DNA of 49,582 nt from Thermoplasmatota archaeon (GTDB lineage Archaea > Thermoplasmatota > Penumbrarchaeia > Penumbrarchaeales > Penumbrarchaeaceae), in NCBI GenBank assembly GCA_965234725.1, contig CBDDUX010000001.1, forward strand, positions 1 through 49,582, read 5' to 3'. The translations under genes and the position numbers were made by a program. Positions 32,284 to 41,412 of this stretch are shown in pieces. Every line of letters starts with the position of its first letter. The stretch's first letter is position 1. The notes below the pieces were generated by a model. That model saw only the letters and a list, made by a program, of their open reading frames with translations, had not been told where the DNA came from and ran no database searches.

Positions 32284-34410
32284 TCATAAAACAGAATACT
32301 CCCCTGTCCTTGGTTCGAAGATCGCTCCCTCATCCTGGAGCTTCTTCAGATATCCTTCAAGTTCATGTTCATCGATATTGATCTCAGCCGCTCTATCCAC
32401 AAGATCGCTTCTTGATATCCTTCCATCTGTCTTCTTAGTATCCTTGATGATCCTCACGATCTCATACATCTTATCCTTCTGGCTCTTGAACCCACCACCA
32501 AGAACTCCGTCAATGTCGTATGCTCCTGATTCTGTCATAGCGACATCCTTCAGAGAGAATCTCATGAGTTCTATGGCCATCCTGGAATCCTGCCTTGTCA
32601 CATTTGGCGAAAGCCTGATCCTTGCCGATGACTCAGCCATTCTTACAAGAGCTTCCAGCTGTCTTGCTGTAAGAGCCACGCTTCCACCTGTCTCACTTCC
32701 GAATGATGCATTATCTGCTCTCAGGTTCACATAGAATTCCATTATCTCCTGTTTTGCCTCTTCGTCGAGGACGGGGAAACATTCCCTTTTCGCATAGGCC
32801 ACATATTTTCTGAGGACCTCGGGTTCGAAATGTGGTTTTACCATATCTAGCAAGTTCTCATCCGATTCCAACATATTCTTCAATCTGGTGTCTCCGATGG
32901 CCTCTGACATCTTGAGCTCACCGATCCAGTGTCTTTCAAGAACCGCATTGGCCAGTTTTCTATCCTCATTGACCTTGGGCTCATCTGTCATGGTGAATAT
33001 CAGATCAAACCTTGATCGCAGAGGTGGAGGGAGATTTATCTGCTCATGTTTAGGCTGACCTATCCTGAACCTTCCCTGCTTAGGATTGGCTGCCCCCAGG
33101 ACCGAACATCTGCTTTGAAGGGTTGCCTGGATACCTGCCTTTGCGATGGAAACAGTCTGTTGTTCCATTGCCTCGTGCATGGCTGATCTATCTGATTCTG
33201 TCATCTTATCCATTTCATCGATACAGGCAAGTCCCATATCCGCAAGGACCATTACCCCAGCCTCCAGAGTATATCTCCCCTCCCCAAAATCATCCTTGAC
33301 CACAGCTGCTGTGAGACCTGCAGCAGATGTTGATTTACCAGATGTGAAGATACCCCTTGGTGCCAGTTTGCTCATGTAGGTTAAAAGCTGGGATTTTGCC
33401 GTTCCAGGATCACCAACCAGGAGAAGATGGATATCCCCCCTTCCCCTGGAACCGTCATGATATTCCTTTGACACTCCGCCAAACAGCTGTAAAGCAAGGG
33501 ATTCCTTGATGTGCTCGAGTCCAAAGACCGATGGAGCAATTGATGAAACAATATTATTGAATATCTTAGGATCCTTGGCCATCTTCCTTGCTGTGTTGAT
33601 ATCCTCCTCGGTCAGCTCCATATCGTTATAGACCTGGTCGTTGGATTCTATGCAATTTCCCTGTAGATAAATATCAAAAACCGTAGCCTTTGTCTGGCCT
33701 TCCTTTCTCTGCTTCGCTTTGAGGTTACCAGTTATGGATATCCTGTCACCGGGGGAAACCTCACCACATACATCATCTTCCAGTACTATTGAGATCCTCT
33801 GTGGTTGATCGCCACCCCTAAGACCCTCCGGAAATTCCTGTATCTCTATCTTCTGGGAGTCAATGAAAAGCGATTCTGTAATATTGAACTTGAATACCGT
33901 TGATCCAGCCCTCTTCCCACAACCACCGTCATCCTTTGGACATTCCAGCGGTTCGGTGTAATGAAATGGGTCCTGTTCGATCTCCTGTTTGAATCCGCAT
34001 GAACTACAACTGAAGGTCCCAACCAGGAGCTTGGGTCGGACCTCTGTCACTTTTCTTACGATCCCCTCCAAAGAGATGAATTTTGAAAGGTTCTCTGCCC
34101 TCAGGTTCCTGATGTTTATCTTCTCGTTCTTGAACAGATCACTGATCCTGAGATTGATGCCAACCTTCTGGTCTGGTTCCAGAAGGGAGTTCATTGCGGC
34201 CTCCCCAACCCTTATCACCATCTCAGGTCTGTCAAGGAGGGCCTCAGCAAGGTCTCCACTGAACTGGAATATATCCCTGAAACTGAGGATCACGGACCTT
34301 GTTCTAGGGTATCCATCGGCAATGGACTTGATCCTGGCTGAGAGGTCTCTAAGAGAAAAATAGTCGAGCCATAACTGATAGACCATCTCTTCGTCGATAT
34401 AACGTTCCAT
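32284..34410 (-). CDS. mcm: MCM replicative helicase (no intein)
   Basis: Zn finger CSSC..CPKDDGGC, GDIHLLLVGDPGTAKS, CIDEMDKM, HEAMEQQ, AANP, SRFD, TARQLE. Confidence 0.96.
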   Translation of the reverse strand: MERYIDEEMVYQLWLDYFSLRDLSARIKSIADGYPRTRSVILSFRDIFQFSGDLAEALLDRPEMVIRVGEAAMNSLLEPDQKVGINLRISDLFKNEKINIRNLRAENLSKFISLEGIVRKVTEVRPKLLVGTFSCSSCGFKQEIEQDPFHYTEPLECPKDDGGCGKRAGSTVFKFNITESLFIDSQKIEIQEFPEGLRGGDQPQRISIVLEDDVCGEVSPGDRISITGNLKAKQRKEGQTKATVFDIYLQGNCIESNDQVYNDMELTEEDINTARKMAKDPKIFNNIVSSIAPSVFGLEHIKESLALQLFGGVSKEYHDGSRGRGDIHLLLVGDPGTAKSQLLTYMSKLAPRGIFTSGKSTSAAGLTAAVVKDDFGEGRYTLEAGVMVLADMGLACIDEMDKMTESDRSAMHEAMEQQTVSIAKAGIQATLQSRCSVLGAANPKQGRFRIGQPKHEQINLPPPLRSRFDLIFTMTDEPKVNEDRKLANAVLERHWIGELKMSEAIGDTRLKNMLESDENLLDMVKPHFEPEVLRKYVAYAKRECFPVLDEEAKQEIMEFYVNLRADNASFGSETGGSVALTARQLEALVRMAESSARIRLSPNVTRQDSRMAIELMRFSLKDVAMTESGAYDIDGVLGGGFKSQKDKMYEIVRIIKDTKKTDGRISRSDLVDRAAEINIDEHELEGYLKKLQDEGAIFEPRTGEYSVL

Positions 34411-34583
34411 ATTGGGATCTCCTTGTTCTGCCCGGGGAGCTTCCCAATTACTACCCGGGTATTTTTATCCATCTGTTCCACGGGAAATACTGGAAATAAA
34501 TGGGTCGTTTGGGGAGTTTCCAGAAAGTGAATGTTATTTTATCAGTGTATGTGGTTACGGTGTAGATTATAATGTTCTGTATC

Positions 34584-35012
34584 ATGAAGTGTCCACGTTG
34601 TGGAAATGTCCAAGGTCTTGAGATGGGTAACAGGACGATTTCTTGCAGGAATTGCGGACTGAGGAGCAAGACTGAAACACTTGAGTTGATAGGACCATTC
34701 AAAGATCAGGAAGGAATGAGAAAACGGATCTGGGATATCAAGAGTGGAAACATGGTGGATGACGAATCGATCCTCTCAAGAGAGATGCTTGAAACATCTG
34801 GTACAAGGATTGTGAAAGGATTGAACATTGCAGGGAAGGAGAATCTAATATTGGATATTCTTTTAAATGGTCCCTTGGAAAAGGCCCAGATACTTGAACA
34901 AGTGGAACCACACGGTATCGAAAATGTGGAATTGGAGAGTATCCTTGAGAGATTGATCAGAACCAACAGGGTATTCTCTCCAAGATATGGTCTTTTCGAG
35001 GCAGTAAAATAA
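34584..35012 (+). CDS. Zinc-ribbon plus winged-helix protein (DUF1922/DUF5817-like)
   Basis: CPRCG..CRNCG at N-terminus; C-terminal wHTH-like LERLIRTNRVFSPRYG; start may be 34572. Confidence 0.7.
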   Translation: MKCPRCGNVQGLEMGNRTISCRNCGLRSKTETLELIGPFKDQEGMRKRIWDIKSGNMVDDESILSREMLETSGTRIVKGLNIAGKENLILDILLNGPLEKAQILEQVEPHGIENVELESILERLIRTNRVFSPRYGLFEAVK

Positions 35013-35028
35013 ACCAATGGAACTATCC

Positions 35029-37758
35029 TCAGGTCAAGAGTGAAATGAGGATCTCTTTGTTGATATAATAGTGGATGTTCCTTCCCTTCTTGATCTTTTC
35101 AAGGTAACCTGTCCTTGAAAGTTCGGAGAGATGGTAACTTATATCTGTTTGACTCCTGTCAAGCATCAAAGAGAGTTTCTTAGGAACGATCCCTGGATTC
35201 TCCGAAATAAGTTGAAGGATCCTCTGATGGAACGGAGATATATACTCCTCGATAGATGGACTTCTTTTATAGGAGGAAGCATAAAAGAGCTTGTACTTTC
35301 CCATCTTCTTTGAGTATATCTTCTCTTCTCGCTCCAATACTCTAAGGTGGTGGACAAGGGAGCCATCGTTAAGGTCCAGATTCCTTTTAAGTTCCGAATA
35401 ATTAGCTCCGGGTCTTGCCTTTATATAACCCAGTATCTCGAATCTGACACCTTTCTCGATCTTTGACTTCTTTAACTTTGAGTAGAGTGGAATGAACATA
35501 AGGGTCCAACTGTACCTCGCCGGTTCAAATCGCAATAGGACCATGGAACCTGCCAAGGACATTAGGATGAAGGACACTACTATTGACGGGATGAGAAATG
35601 GGATCATCTCTGGATCATTTTGTGACATGGAAGGTGGATCATCGGATAGAGAGGACGGAACTGGGATGGCCGGGACCACTTCATCATCTTCCTCCTCAGG
35701 TCCTTTCCAGACAGTACCACCTTTGGTCCCCTCATTTTTCTCATCCACCTCATCCACATCATTATCCTGAATGGAAGAAGCTCCGGAACCTTCTCCAGAA
35801 GTATCTTCTTTCATTGGTGTATCAGTGGGATCAAAGAGAGGATTTCTCAATTGAACTTTATTGTTATCTTCAACACTCTCGGTTATCTCATTGAACGGGT
35901 CTACGGAAACATCGAAGAATTCCAGATCCTTGTCCACTATCCAATCGATATTGATCTCCCTTGAACTATCAGCTTCCATGGAATAGATAACATACTGTCC
36001 CAGGAAGGTAGAACCTTCCCTGACAAGTACCTTGAACTGATCAGTTGATATACTCCCGGTATTAACTACAATCATTGAAAGGGATATCACATCTCCCTCA
36101 TTGGCATCCCATTTTGAGGGGAGAAGATAATCTGTCCTCATCGCAAGGTCCCTATATTCTGATCGTACCTCTATTGTGGCGATGTTATCATCAGGATAGA
36201 GATCATCGATCAGCCCGAGTGGATCCAATATAACGGTGAATACTGAAATATCCCTTTCGGCTGTCCAGGTCCAGGTCAGTTTCCTCGAAGTTCCGGAAAG
36301 GAGAGTTTCCATTTCTACCCTTTTAAAAAGATTTCCATCCTTTATTATGTCAACAAGCATGCCCTCCTCGTCAATTGTCCCCGAATTCCTTAACGTCGCT
36401 GAGAAATGGATGGTGCCGCCTTCTATTATCGGAGACATAGACACCTCGATCTTTGGATCGAGGGAGATATCATGCCTCTCAGCGGGAAGTGTACTGAAGA
36501 ACAACCTCTTCGGTTCATCTCTGTAGTTTGATACCCTGTCCTTGAGATTGACCTCCAGGATGAAATCTCCAAGTGGAAGAGCATCCACATGGAATCCGAT
36601 CCTGCTTCCGTCTATTACCAGGTTCGTTGGGAAGTACCAATCCCTAATGATCTCTCCATTCCTCTCCTTAATCCTTGCTGTGAACGTGGAAAGATCTATA
36701 CCGGATCCTTCGTCCCTTGCCTCCATGTCGAATGCAACGGATCCCTCATTCAACTGACCTTTTATATCACCAATTACAGCTGGGGTCGAATCTAAAATCA
36801 ATTCGACCGTTCCATTCCCCTTAACTTCACACAGAGAGGGTGTTTCCAGAATCTTAAATATGAATCGATCAGGACCATCCAACATGGGAACCCTGAAAGA
36901 GAAATGAATATTGGCCAGATCCGACCTGAATGCGGGCTCATAGGACCATATCATTCCCTTGGAATCTACTATCCCCATCCGGATATCACTGGGCTGAGGA
37001 TATATGGTATCTGTCCCAGAGAAAGTTACTGAGATGTCAGTCATCTTAAGGAATGTCCCCCCTCTAAGATATCCATCAGGGGTAAGATATACCGAGTCCT
37101 CCACAATTATCTTGGGTTCTCCTTTAACTTCCAAGTCGTTTTCGACCGTATAAGCATCCTTGATCTCTATATAACTTGATTGACCATTAACTGAATCAAG
37201 GAAAACACCAATGCCAAAGGACCTGTCCTCCTCCACCGTCCATTTGAACCTCATATGGATATCGGTCTCCCACTTACCTTTGGTGGAATTGAAGATCGTT
37301 CTGGAATCATTGACATTCAATAAGATGATATTTTCGATCTTTTCCGTTATTATGAAAGTATCTGTCCTTATACTATACTCGATCCTCGTATCAGGATCAT
37401 CTAAATCCATGAGTACAGTGATCTTATCAGGGGAAACGGCAGTGTAAGATATCCTGATATAGAATGGAATGTTGGGATAGGCCGTTCCCTTGTGGTGGCC
37501 GAAGATCTCAACATCATTAATTTCCATTGGGATCTCCTTTTGTTCTTCCCAATGTTCAAAATCATTCGGATGACCAATGTGTTCTTCATCAATGTCAAAG
37601 GATCCGGAATAATCCGATGTAATTTCATCAGATCCTGTATCAAAAGATAGTACAAACGCTGGAAGCACCATGATCAACAGTGCCATTAGAATCATGACGG
37701 GGAGAATGATCTTCCTCGTGTTGATCCCTTTTTCCAACGAAATTCCTCCGGCAAACAC
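35029..37758 (-). CDS. Membrane-spanning regulator: extracellular Ig/CARDB domains, TM, cytoplasmic tandem winged-helix (COG3398-like)
   Basis: Two CARDB-like units (N.G....VDP.N.I.E..EDNN), acidic linker, TM, PLYSKL..RFEILGYIKARPG..GSLVHHLRVLE, second HTH ENPGI..ISYHL; probable start TTG 37737 after GGAGG. Confidence 0.85.
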   Translation of the reverse strand: MFAGGISLEKGINTRKIILPVMILMALLIMVLPAFVLSFDTGSDEITSDYSGSFDIDEEHIGHPNDFEHWEEQKEIPMEINDVEIFGHHKGTAYPNIPFYIRISYTAVSPDKITVLMDLDDPDTRIEYSIRTDTFIITEKIENIILLNVNDSRTIFNSTKGKWETDIHMRFKWTVEEDRSFGIGVFLDSVNGQSSYIEIKDAYTVENDLEVKGEPKIIVEDSVYLTPDGYLRGGTFLKMTDISVTFSGTDTIYPQPSDIRMGIVDSKGMIWSYEPAFRSDLANIHFSFRVPMLDGPDRFIFKILETPSLCEVKGNGTVELILDSTPAVIGDIKGQLNEGSVAFDMEARDEGSGIDLSTFTARIKERNGEIIRDWYFPTNLVIDGSRIGFHVDALPLGDFILEVNLKDRVSNYRDEPKRLFFSTLPAERHDISLDPKIEVSMSPIIEGGTIHFSATLRNSGTIDEEGMLVDIIKDGNLFKRVEMETLLSGTSRKLTWTWTAERDISVFTVILDPLGLIDDLYPDDNIATIEVRSEYRDLAMRTDYLLPSKWDANEGDVISLSMIVVNTGSISTDQFKVLVREGSTFLGQYVIYSMEADSSREINIDWIVDKDLEFFDVSVDPFNEITESVEDNNKVQLRNPLFDPTDTPMKEDTSGEGSGASSIQDNDVDEVDEKNEGTKGGTVWKGPEEEDDEVVPAIPVPSSLSDDPPSMSQNDPEMIPFLIPSIVVSFILMSLAGSMVLLRFEPARYSWTLMFIPLYSKLKKSKIEKGVRFEILGYIKARPGANYSELKRNLDLNDGSLVHHLRVLEREEKIYSKKMGKYKLFYASSYKRSPSIEEYISPFHQRILQLISENPGIVPKKLSLMLDRSQTDISYHLSELSRTGYLEKIKKGRNIHYYINKEILISLLT

Positions 37759-37808
37759 CTTTGTACTATATTATTAAATGATCATGGTTCTTAAGGTTTT
37801 CCTTCCGA

Positions 37809-37816
37809 TATATAAA
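37809..37816 (-). promoter_or_regulatory. TATA box upstream of the CARDB-wHTH gene
   Basis: Minus strand tttatata, 50-70 nt upstream of the start. Confidence 0.5.
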
Positions 37817-37856
37817 CCCCTGGCAACCATGGTATCCCTTTTCCTTTTTCTTCAAC

Positions 37857-38360
37857 ATGGGTGATGTCGGGATCGATCGGGGGATTGACCAAATGGTGGG
37901 GAAATTGCAATATGGGAAGGGTCGCATAATATCCCCTCGCCCGACCCCGAGCATCTATGGCGGATCCCGACACAAGGTCAGGGGGCTTTTTTGGCCATCC
38001 CAGGGCCCATAAATGAGAATTAGAGGAAGAGTGGTTGTGCCTAGGGTAGAAGTTGGGCGGCACAACCGGGGTTTCAGATTCCTAATAGAGGTTTTATTGA
38101 TCGTCTGTTTCCCGTGAGGGGACCTTCAGGTTGGCCCCCTCATCGGGTTTGCTATACGAACTACGTTGCTTTTGTTTTCTTATCACGAAGACAGGAAAGC
38201 TGTAATCGGACATCTTCACAGCCTTTGCCTTCTGTCCCGAGAACGATATTGTCCCGGAATGGGTTCCGAAACCCGGTGTCTTTCCATTTTTCAGGAAAAG
38301 CGCACTTTTTACGATGTCCCTGACGAACATCTCAGGTGCCAGCCGGGTTCCGGATGTGGG
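37857..38360. ncRNA. Candidate structured non-coding RNA of unknown family (multi-hairpin intergenic region)
   Basis: GC-rich stems: 37865-74/37963-72 (10 bp), 38033-41/38059-67 (9 bp), 38111-38147, 38190-38236, 38261-74; no credible ORF. Confidence 0.35.
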
Positions 38361-38512
38361 GTATTTTTCTTGGGGTCTTAGGTGTGTCTCTGTGATTGTC
38401 AAATGTATGCCCCTGAGGTTACCGTAATGCAATGACTTAGCTTTCTGTTAGTGATTAACTGAAGTAGCGTATATATTAAGATTTGAAAAAAATTTTATGT
38501 ATTATTTAAAGT

Positions 38513-40108
38513 TTACTCAACTGCAAGGGTTCTCATGATTGTGGAAAAATTGGAGCCAGATCCTTTATAGACAATTCTACCATCCTTGATAGTTAAGAAA
38601 GATCTCAAAGAATCCTTTAGATACACTGCAATATTAGCTGAAGAACCGACATGGAAACCATTGCCACCGTTTCTTTCCAAACCGGAAAGACGGAATGATC
38701 CCTCAGTATATGATCTCAAAGCCTCTGAAAAGGTAAGGCTTTGACCCTTTTCTTGATGTCGCATCGCGCTCATGATCCCGTACATCGGCCCCACCGGCAT
38801 CATATCCGATCCGAAACACACATGGACTGAATTGTCGAGTATATCCCTGAATCTATTGAGCCTGAATCTTCCAGGGCCAAGAGCTTGTTCATATAGACCC
38901 CCTTCTCCACCCCAGTTTCCCTGGAAATTGGGTTGGAGGCAAAGGGCAATTCGAGGATCATTGAGCTTGCATAGGTCCTCTTTCCGGATGCCTTCTGCGT
39001 GTTCTAACCTTATTGGTCCATCAAGTTCCCTAACGAGATCAAGGACCATTCCTGTCGCACGATCCCCTATCACATGGACCATGGGAACCAGGCCGTTCTG
39101 ATGAGATCTAAATATCCTTTCGATCAATTCGTCCTTGGAGTAAAGGAGCCCGGCCGAAGGTCCATCGATATAATCTTTATGAAAACTTGCAGTCCTAGCA
39201 CCGATCGATCCATCAAGGAAGAACTTTGAAAACGAGACCATATTGGGATTAGCGCAACTTCCATTGAAAAGAGGAAGGCCATCATCCCAATCCTTGATCC
39301 CTTTCATCGATCCCTTGACCCGTGAATCATCCTCAGGTACTATTGATATTGCAAGGTCAGGTGATCCTCCCATCTTCCTGAAAATATCGGTATGCTCCTC
39401 GAGGAGATATTCTGGGATTATATCCACACCTCCGACGATACCCATGGAAAATATTTCTCTAACAGATTCCTCAACAAAGGATAGTCTGAATACCTCTGGG
39501 GTCTTTATCTTCCATGACAATCCCATTGCTCCATCTTCTATGAGTATGCCGTTTTCCGGGATATCCATACTCGACCCAAGAATTTTCATGGCTTCGTTAT
39601 TGACAACTGCCTTATGACCGCAAATCCGCCTGATCACAACAGGATCATTAGGAAAGATCTCATCCAGGTACTTCCTATCTATCCTTCTTGGGGAGTGGAA
39701 AAACGATTCATCATAATCAACTCCAAGAAGTATTCCCGTTGATGAGATGAAGGGATCATTCTCCGGTTCCTTCAATCTCTGTTTCAGGATCTTGACCATT
39801 TCCTCCAAGGAGGACGCTTTTGAGAGGTCAACTGCCTTCCTTGAGAATGACCATTGATATAGATGCATATGAGCATCACACATCGCAGGAAGGACAATAG
39901 CATCATGAAGGTCCAATACAAGAGTATCAGATCCTCTTTTATATCCTGGAAGATCACCAACTCCCAGGTCTTCTATCCTTCCATCCCTTAACACCATCCA
40001 TCCTTTGGATGGACCTTCCTTCTTTGGAAATTGGATACGGCAGTTGTGAAAACAGATATCAAACCTTCCACCTAGGTTCGAAGGGCTTTCCGTTCGCTGA
40101 ATGACCAT
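38513..40108 (-). CDS. Amidohydrolase family 3 (YtcJ-like)
   Basis: LPAMCDAHMH, RICGHKAVVN, KFFLDGSIGARTA, HVIGDRA, RLEHAE, FGSD. Confidence 0.9.
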   Translation of the reverse strand: MVIQRTESPSNLGGRFDICFHNCRIQFPKKEGPSKGWMVLRDGRIEDLGVGDLPGYKRGSDTLVLDLHDAIVLPAMCDAHMHLYQWSFSRKAVDLSKASSLEEMVKILKQRLKEPENDPFISSTGILLGVDYDESFFHSPRRIDRKYLDEIFPNDPVVIRRICGHKAVVNNEAMKILGSSMDIPENGILIEDGAMGLSWKIKTPEVFRLSFVEESVREIFSMGIVGGVDIIPEYLLEEHTDIFRKMGGSPDLAISIVPEDDSRVKGSMKGIKDWDDGLPLFNGSCANPNMVSFSKFFLDGSIGARTASFHKDYIDGPSAGLLYSKDELIERIFRSHQNGLVPMVHVIGDRATGMVLDLVRELDGPIRLEHAEGIRKEDLCKLNDPRIALCLQPNFQGNWGGEGGLYEQALGPGRFRLNRFRDILDNSVHVCFGSDMMPVGPMYGIMSAMRHQEKGQSLTFSEALRSYTEGSFRLSGLERNGGNGFHVGSSANIAVYLKDSLRSFLTIKDGRIVYKGSGSNFSTIMRTLAVE

Positions 40109-40155
40109 GAAAGTGTAAGGTCAACCTATTTTATCTATTACCCGTTCACATATCC

Positions 40156-41409
40156 ATGGTCCTGATGGGAGATGGCCACTCGAATTATGATCTGATCATA
40201 GTTGGAGCGGGTCCTGCTGGATCCTATGCCTCCGCAAGATTCTCCGAACTAGGATATAGGGTCCTCTTAGTGGACAGAAAGCATGAGGTTGGTAGACCGG
40301 TGCAATGTGCTGGACTGGTGAACTCTCGTTTGTTCGATCTTCCTGGCCTTGGTAAACTCAAGGATGGGACCATCCTCAGGTCCATCAGAGGTGCTGATGT
40401 ATTCTCTCCATCTGGGAATATGTTGCCTCTCCGTGGAAAAGAGAACAAAGCTTTTTCAATTGATAGGGCCAGGTTCGATCATGAACTTCTGATTTCGGCC
40501 GCTGAAATGGGATCTTCATTGATGTTAAAAACGGAACTGAGGGGGATCAGAATATTGGAAGATGGATCCGCTAAGGTCGGTTTACTCGGTCCGGGAGGAG
40601 AGATGAATGTATCGGCTCCTATGGTACTGGCTTGTGACGGGCCAGGTTCGACTTTACGTTCAATGTTGAGGATGGCAATTCCAAAGGAGACCATACCGGG
40701 TGTTTCCATGGAATTGGAGCTCCGGTCGGGGGAGCTTCCATCTGAAAGAGTGGCAGTTCTTACAGGTTCCAGAACTGCTTCTGGTTTCTTTGCCTGGATC
40801 ATACCCTCATACCTTCCAAACGGGTTCAGATTAGGTCTATCGGCACTAACAGGAGAGGGACTGAGATCAGGTATGGAGAAGTTATTCCTGGATACCAGAG
40901 TTACAAGGTTCCTTTCTCTTGAAGGACCCTTGAGAGAATCTTCGGGATCGATTTCTACAACCTTCGGAAGCGTACCGATGGGCCAGCCAAAAGAGATCTC
41001 CAAGGGTCCGGTCCTTCTCCTTGGAGATGCTGCCGGAATGGCAAAACCAACTAGCGGGGGAGGAATCTATCCAGCATTGATGGCAGTTGATTCCCTGACC
41101 AGATCCTTGAACGGAGATGTGAAACCAGGGGTCCAGGCCATATCCAATTTCCTGTCATCTTGGAAAAAAGGATACGGAAAGGAGCTTGCAAGGACCTTTG
41201 TTCTAAGGAGGATAATCAAGGAGCTCAAGGATGAGGAGATGGATATCGGCCTCAGAGCCTTGAGTGATGAGAAGAATCTAAAGATCATAAACGAAAAGGG
41301 AGATATAGACCATCCTGTCCAGCTAGCAGTTGGTCTCTTGAGATCGGACCCATCCTTGCTGGCCCTCATACCAAGGTTCGTACCTCATTTAAGGGGATTG
41401 TTCATCTGA
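40156..41409 (+). CDS. Geranylgeranyl reductase family (digeranylgeranylglycerophospholipid reductase-like)
   Basis: IVGAGPAGS, PVQCAG, DRARFD, CDGPGS, GFFAWIIP, LGDAAG..KPTSGGGI. Confidence 0.88.
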   Translation: MVLMGDGHSNYDLIIVGAGPAGSYASARFSELGYRVLLVDRKHEVGRPVQCAGLVNSRLFDLPGLGKLKDGTILRSIRGADVFSPSGNMLPLRGKENKAFSIDRARFDHELLISAAEMGSSLMLKTELRGIRILEDGSAKVGLLGPGGEMNVSAPMVLACDGPGSTLRSMLRMAIPKETIPGVSMELELRSGELPSERVAVLTGSRTASGFFAWIIPSYLPNGFRLGLSALTGEGLRSGMEKLFLDTRVTRFLSLEGPLRESSGSISTTFGSVPMGQPKEISKGPVLLLGDAAGMAKPTSGGGIYPALMAVDSLTRSLNGDVKPGVQAISNFLSSWKKGYGKELARTFVLRRIIKELKDEEMDIGLRALSDEKNLKIINEKGDIDHPVQLAVGLLRSDPSLLALIPRFVPHLRGLFI

Positions 41410-41412
41410 TCC

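Noticed and set aside
32284-34410. Intein in MCM
   Set aside because: Length is normal and the Walker A/B region is uninterrupted
37766-38432. Short ORFs in the structured intergenic region (62-112 aa)
   Set aside because: No recognisable motifs or SD, atypical composition, mutually overlapping frames
38022-38450. RNase P, SRP, hammerhead or SECIS identity for the structured region
   Set aside because: gaggaag is not followed by the P4 consensus; no SRP helix-8 motif; ctgacga (38320) lacks the downstream GAAA; the GAA-bulged hairpin lacks the G-C pairs of archaeal SECIS
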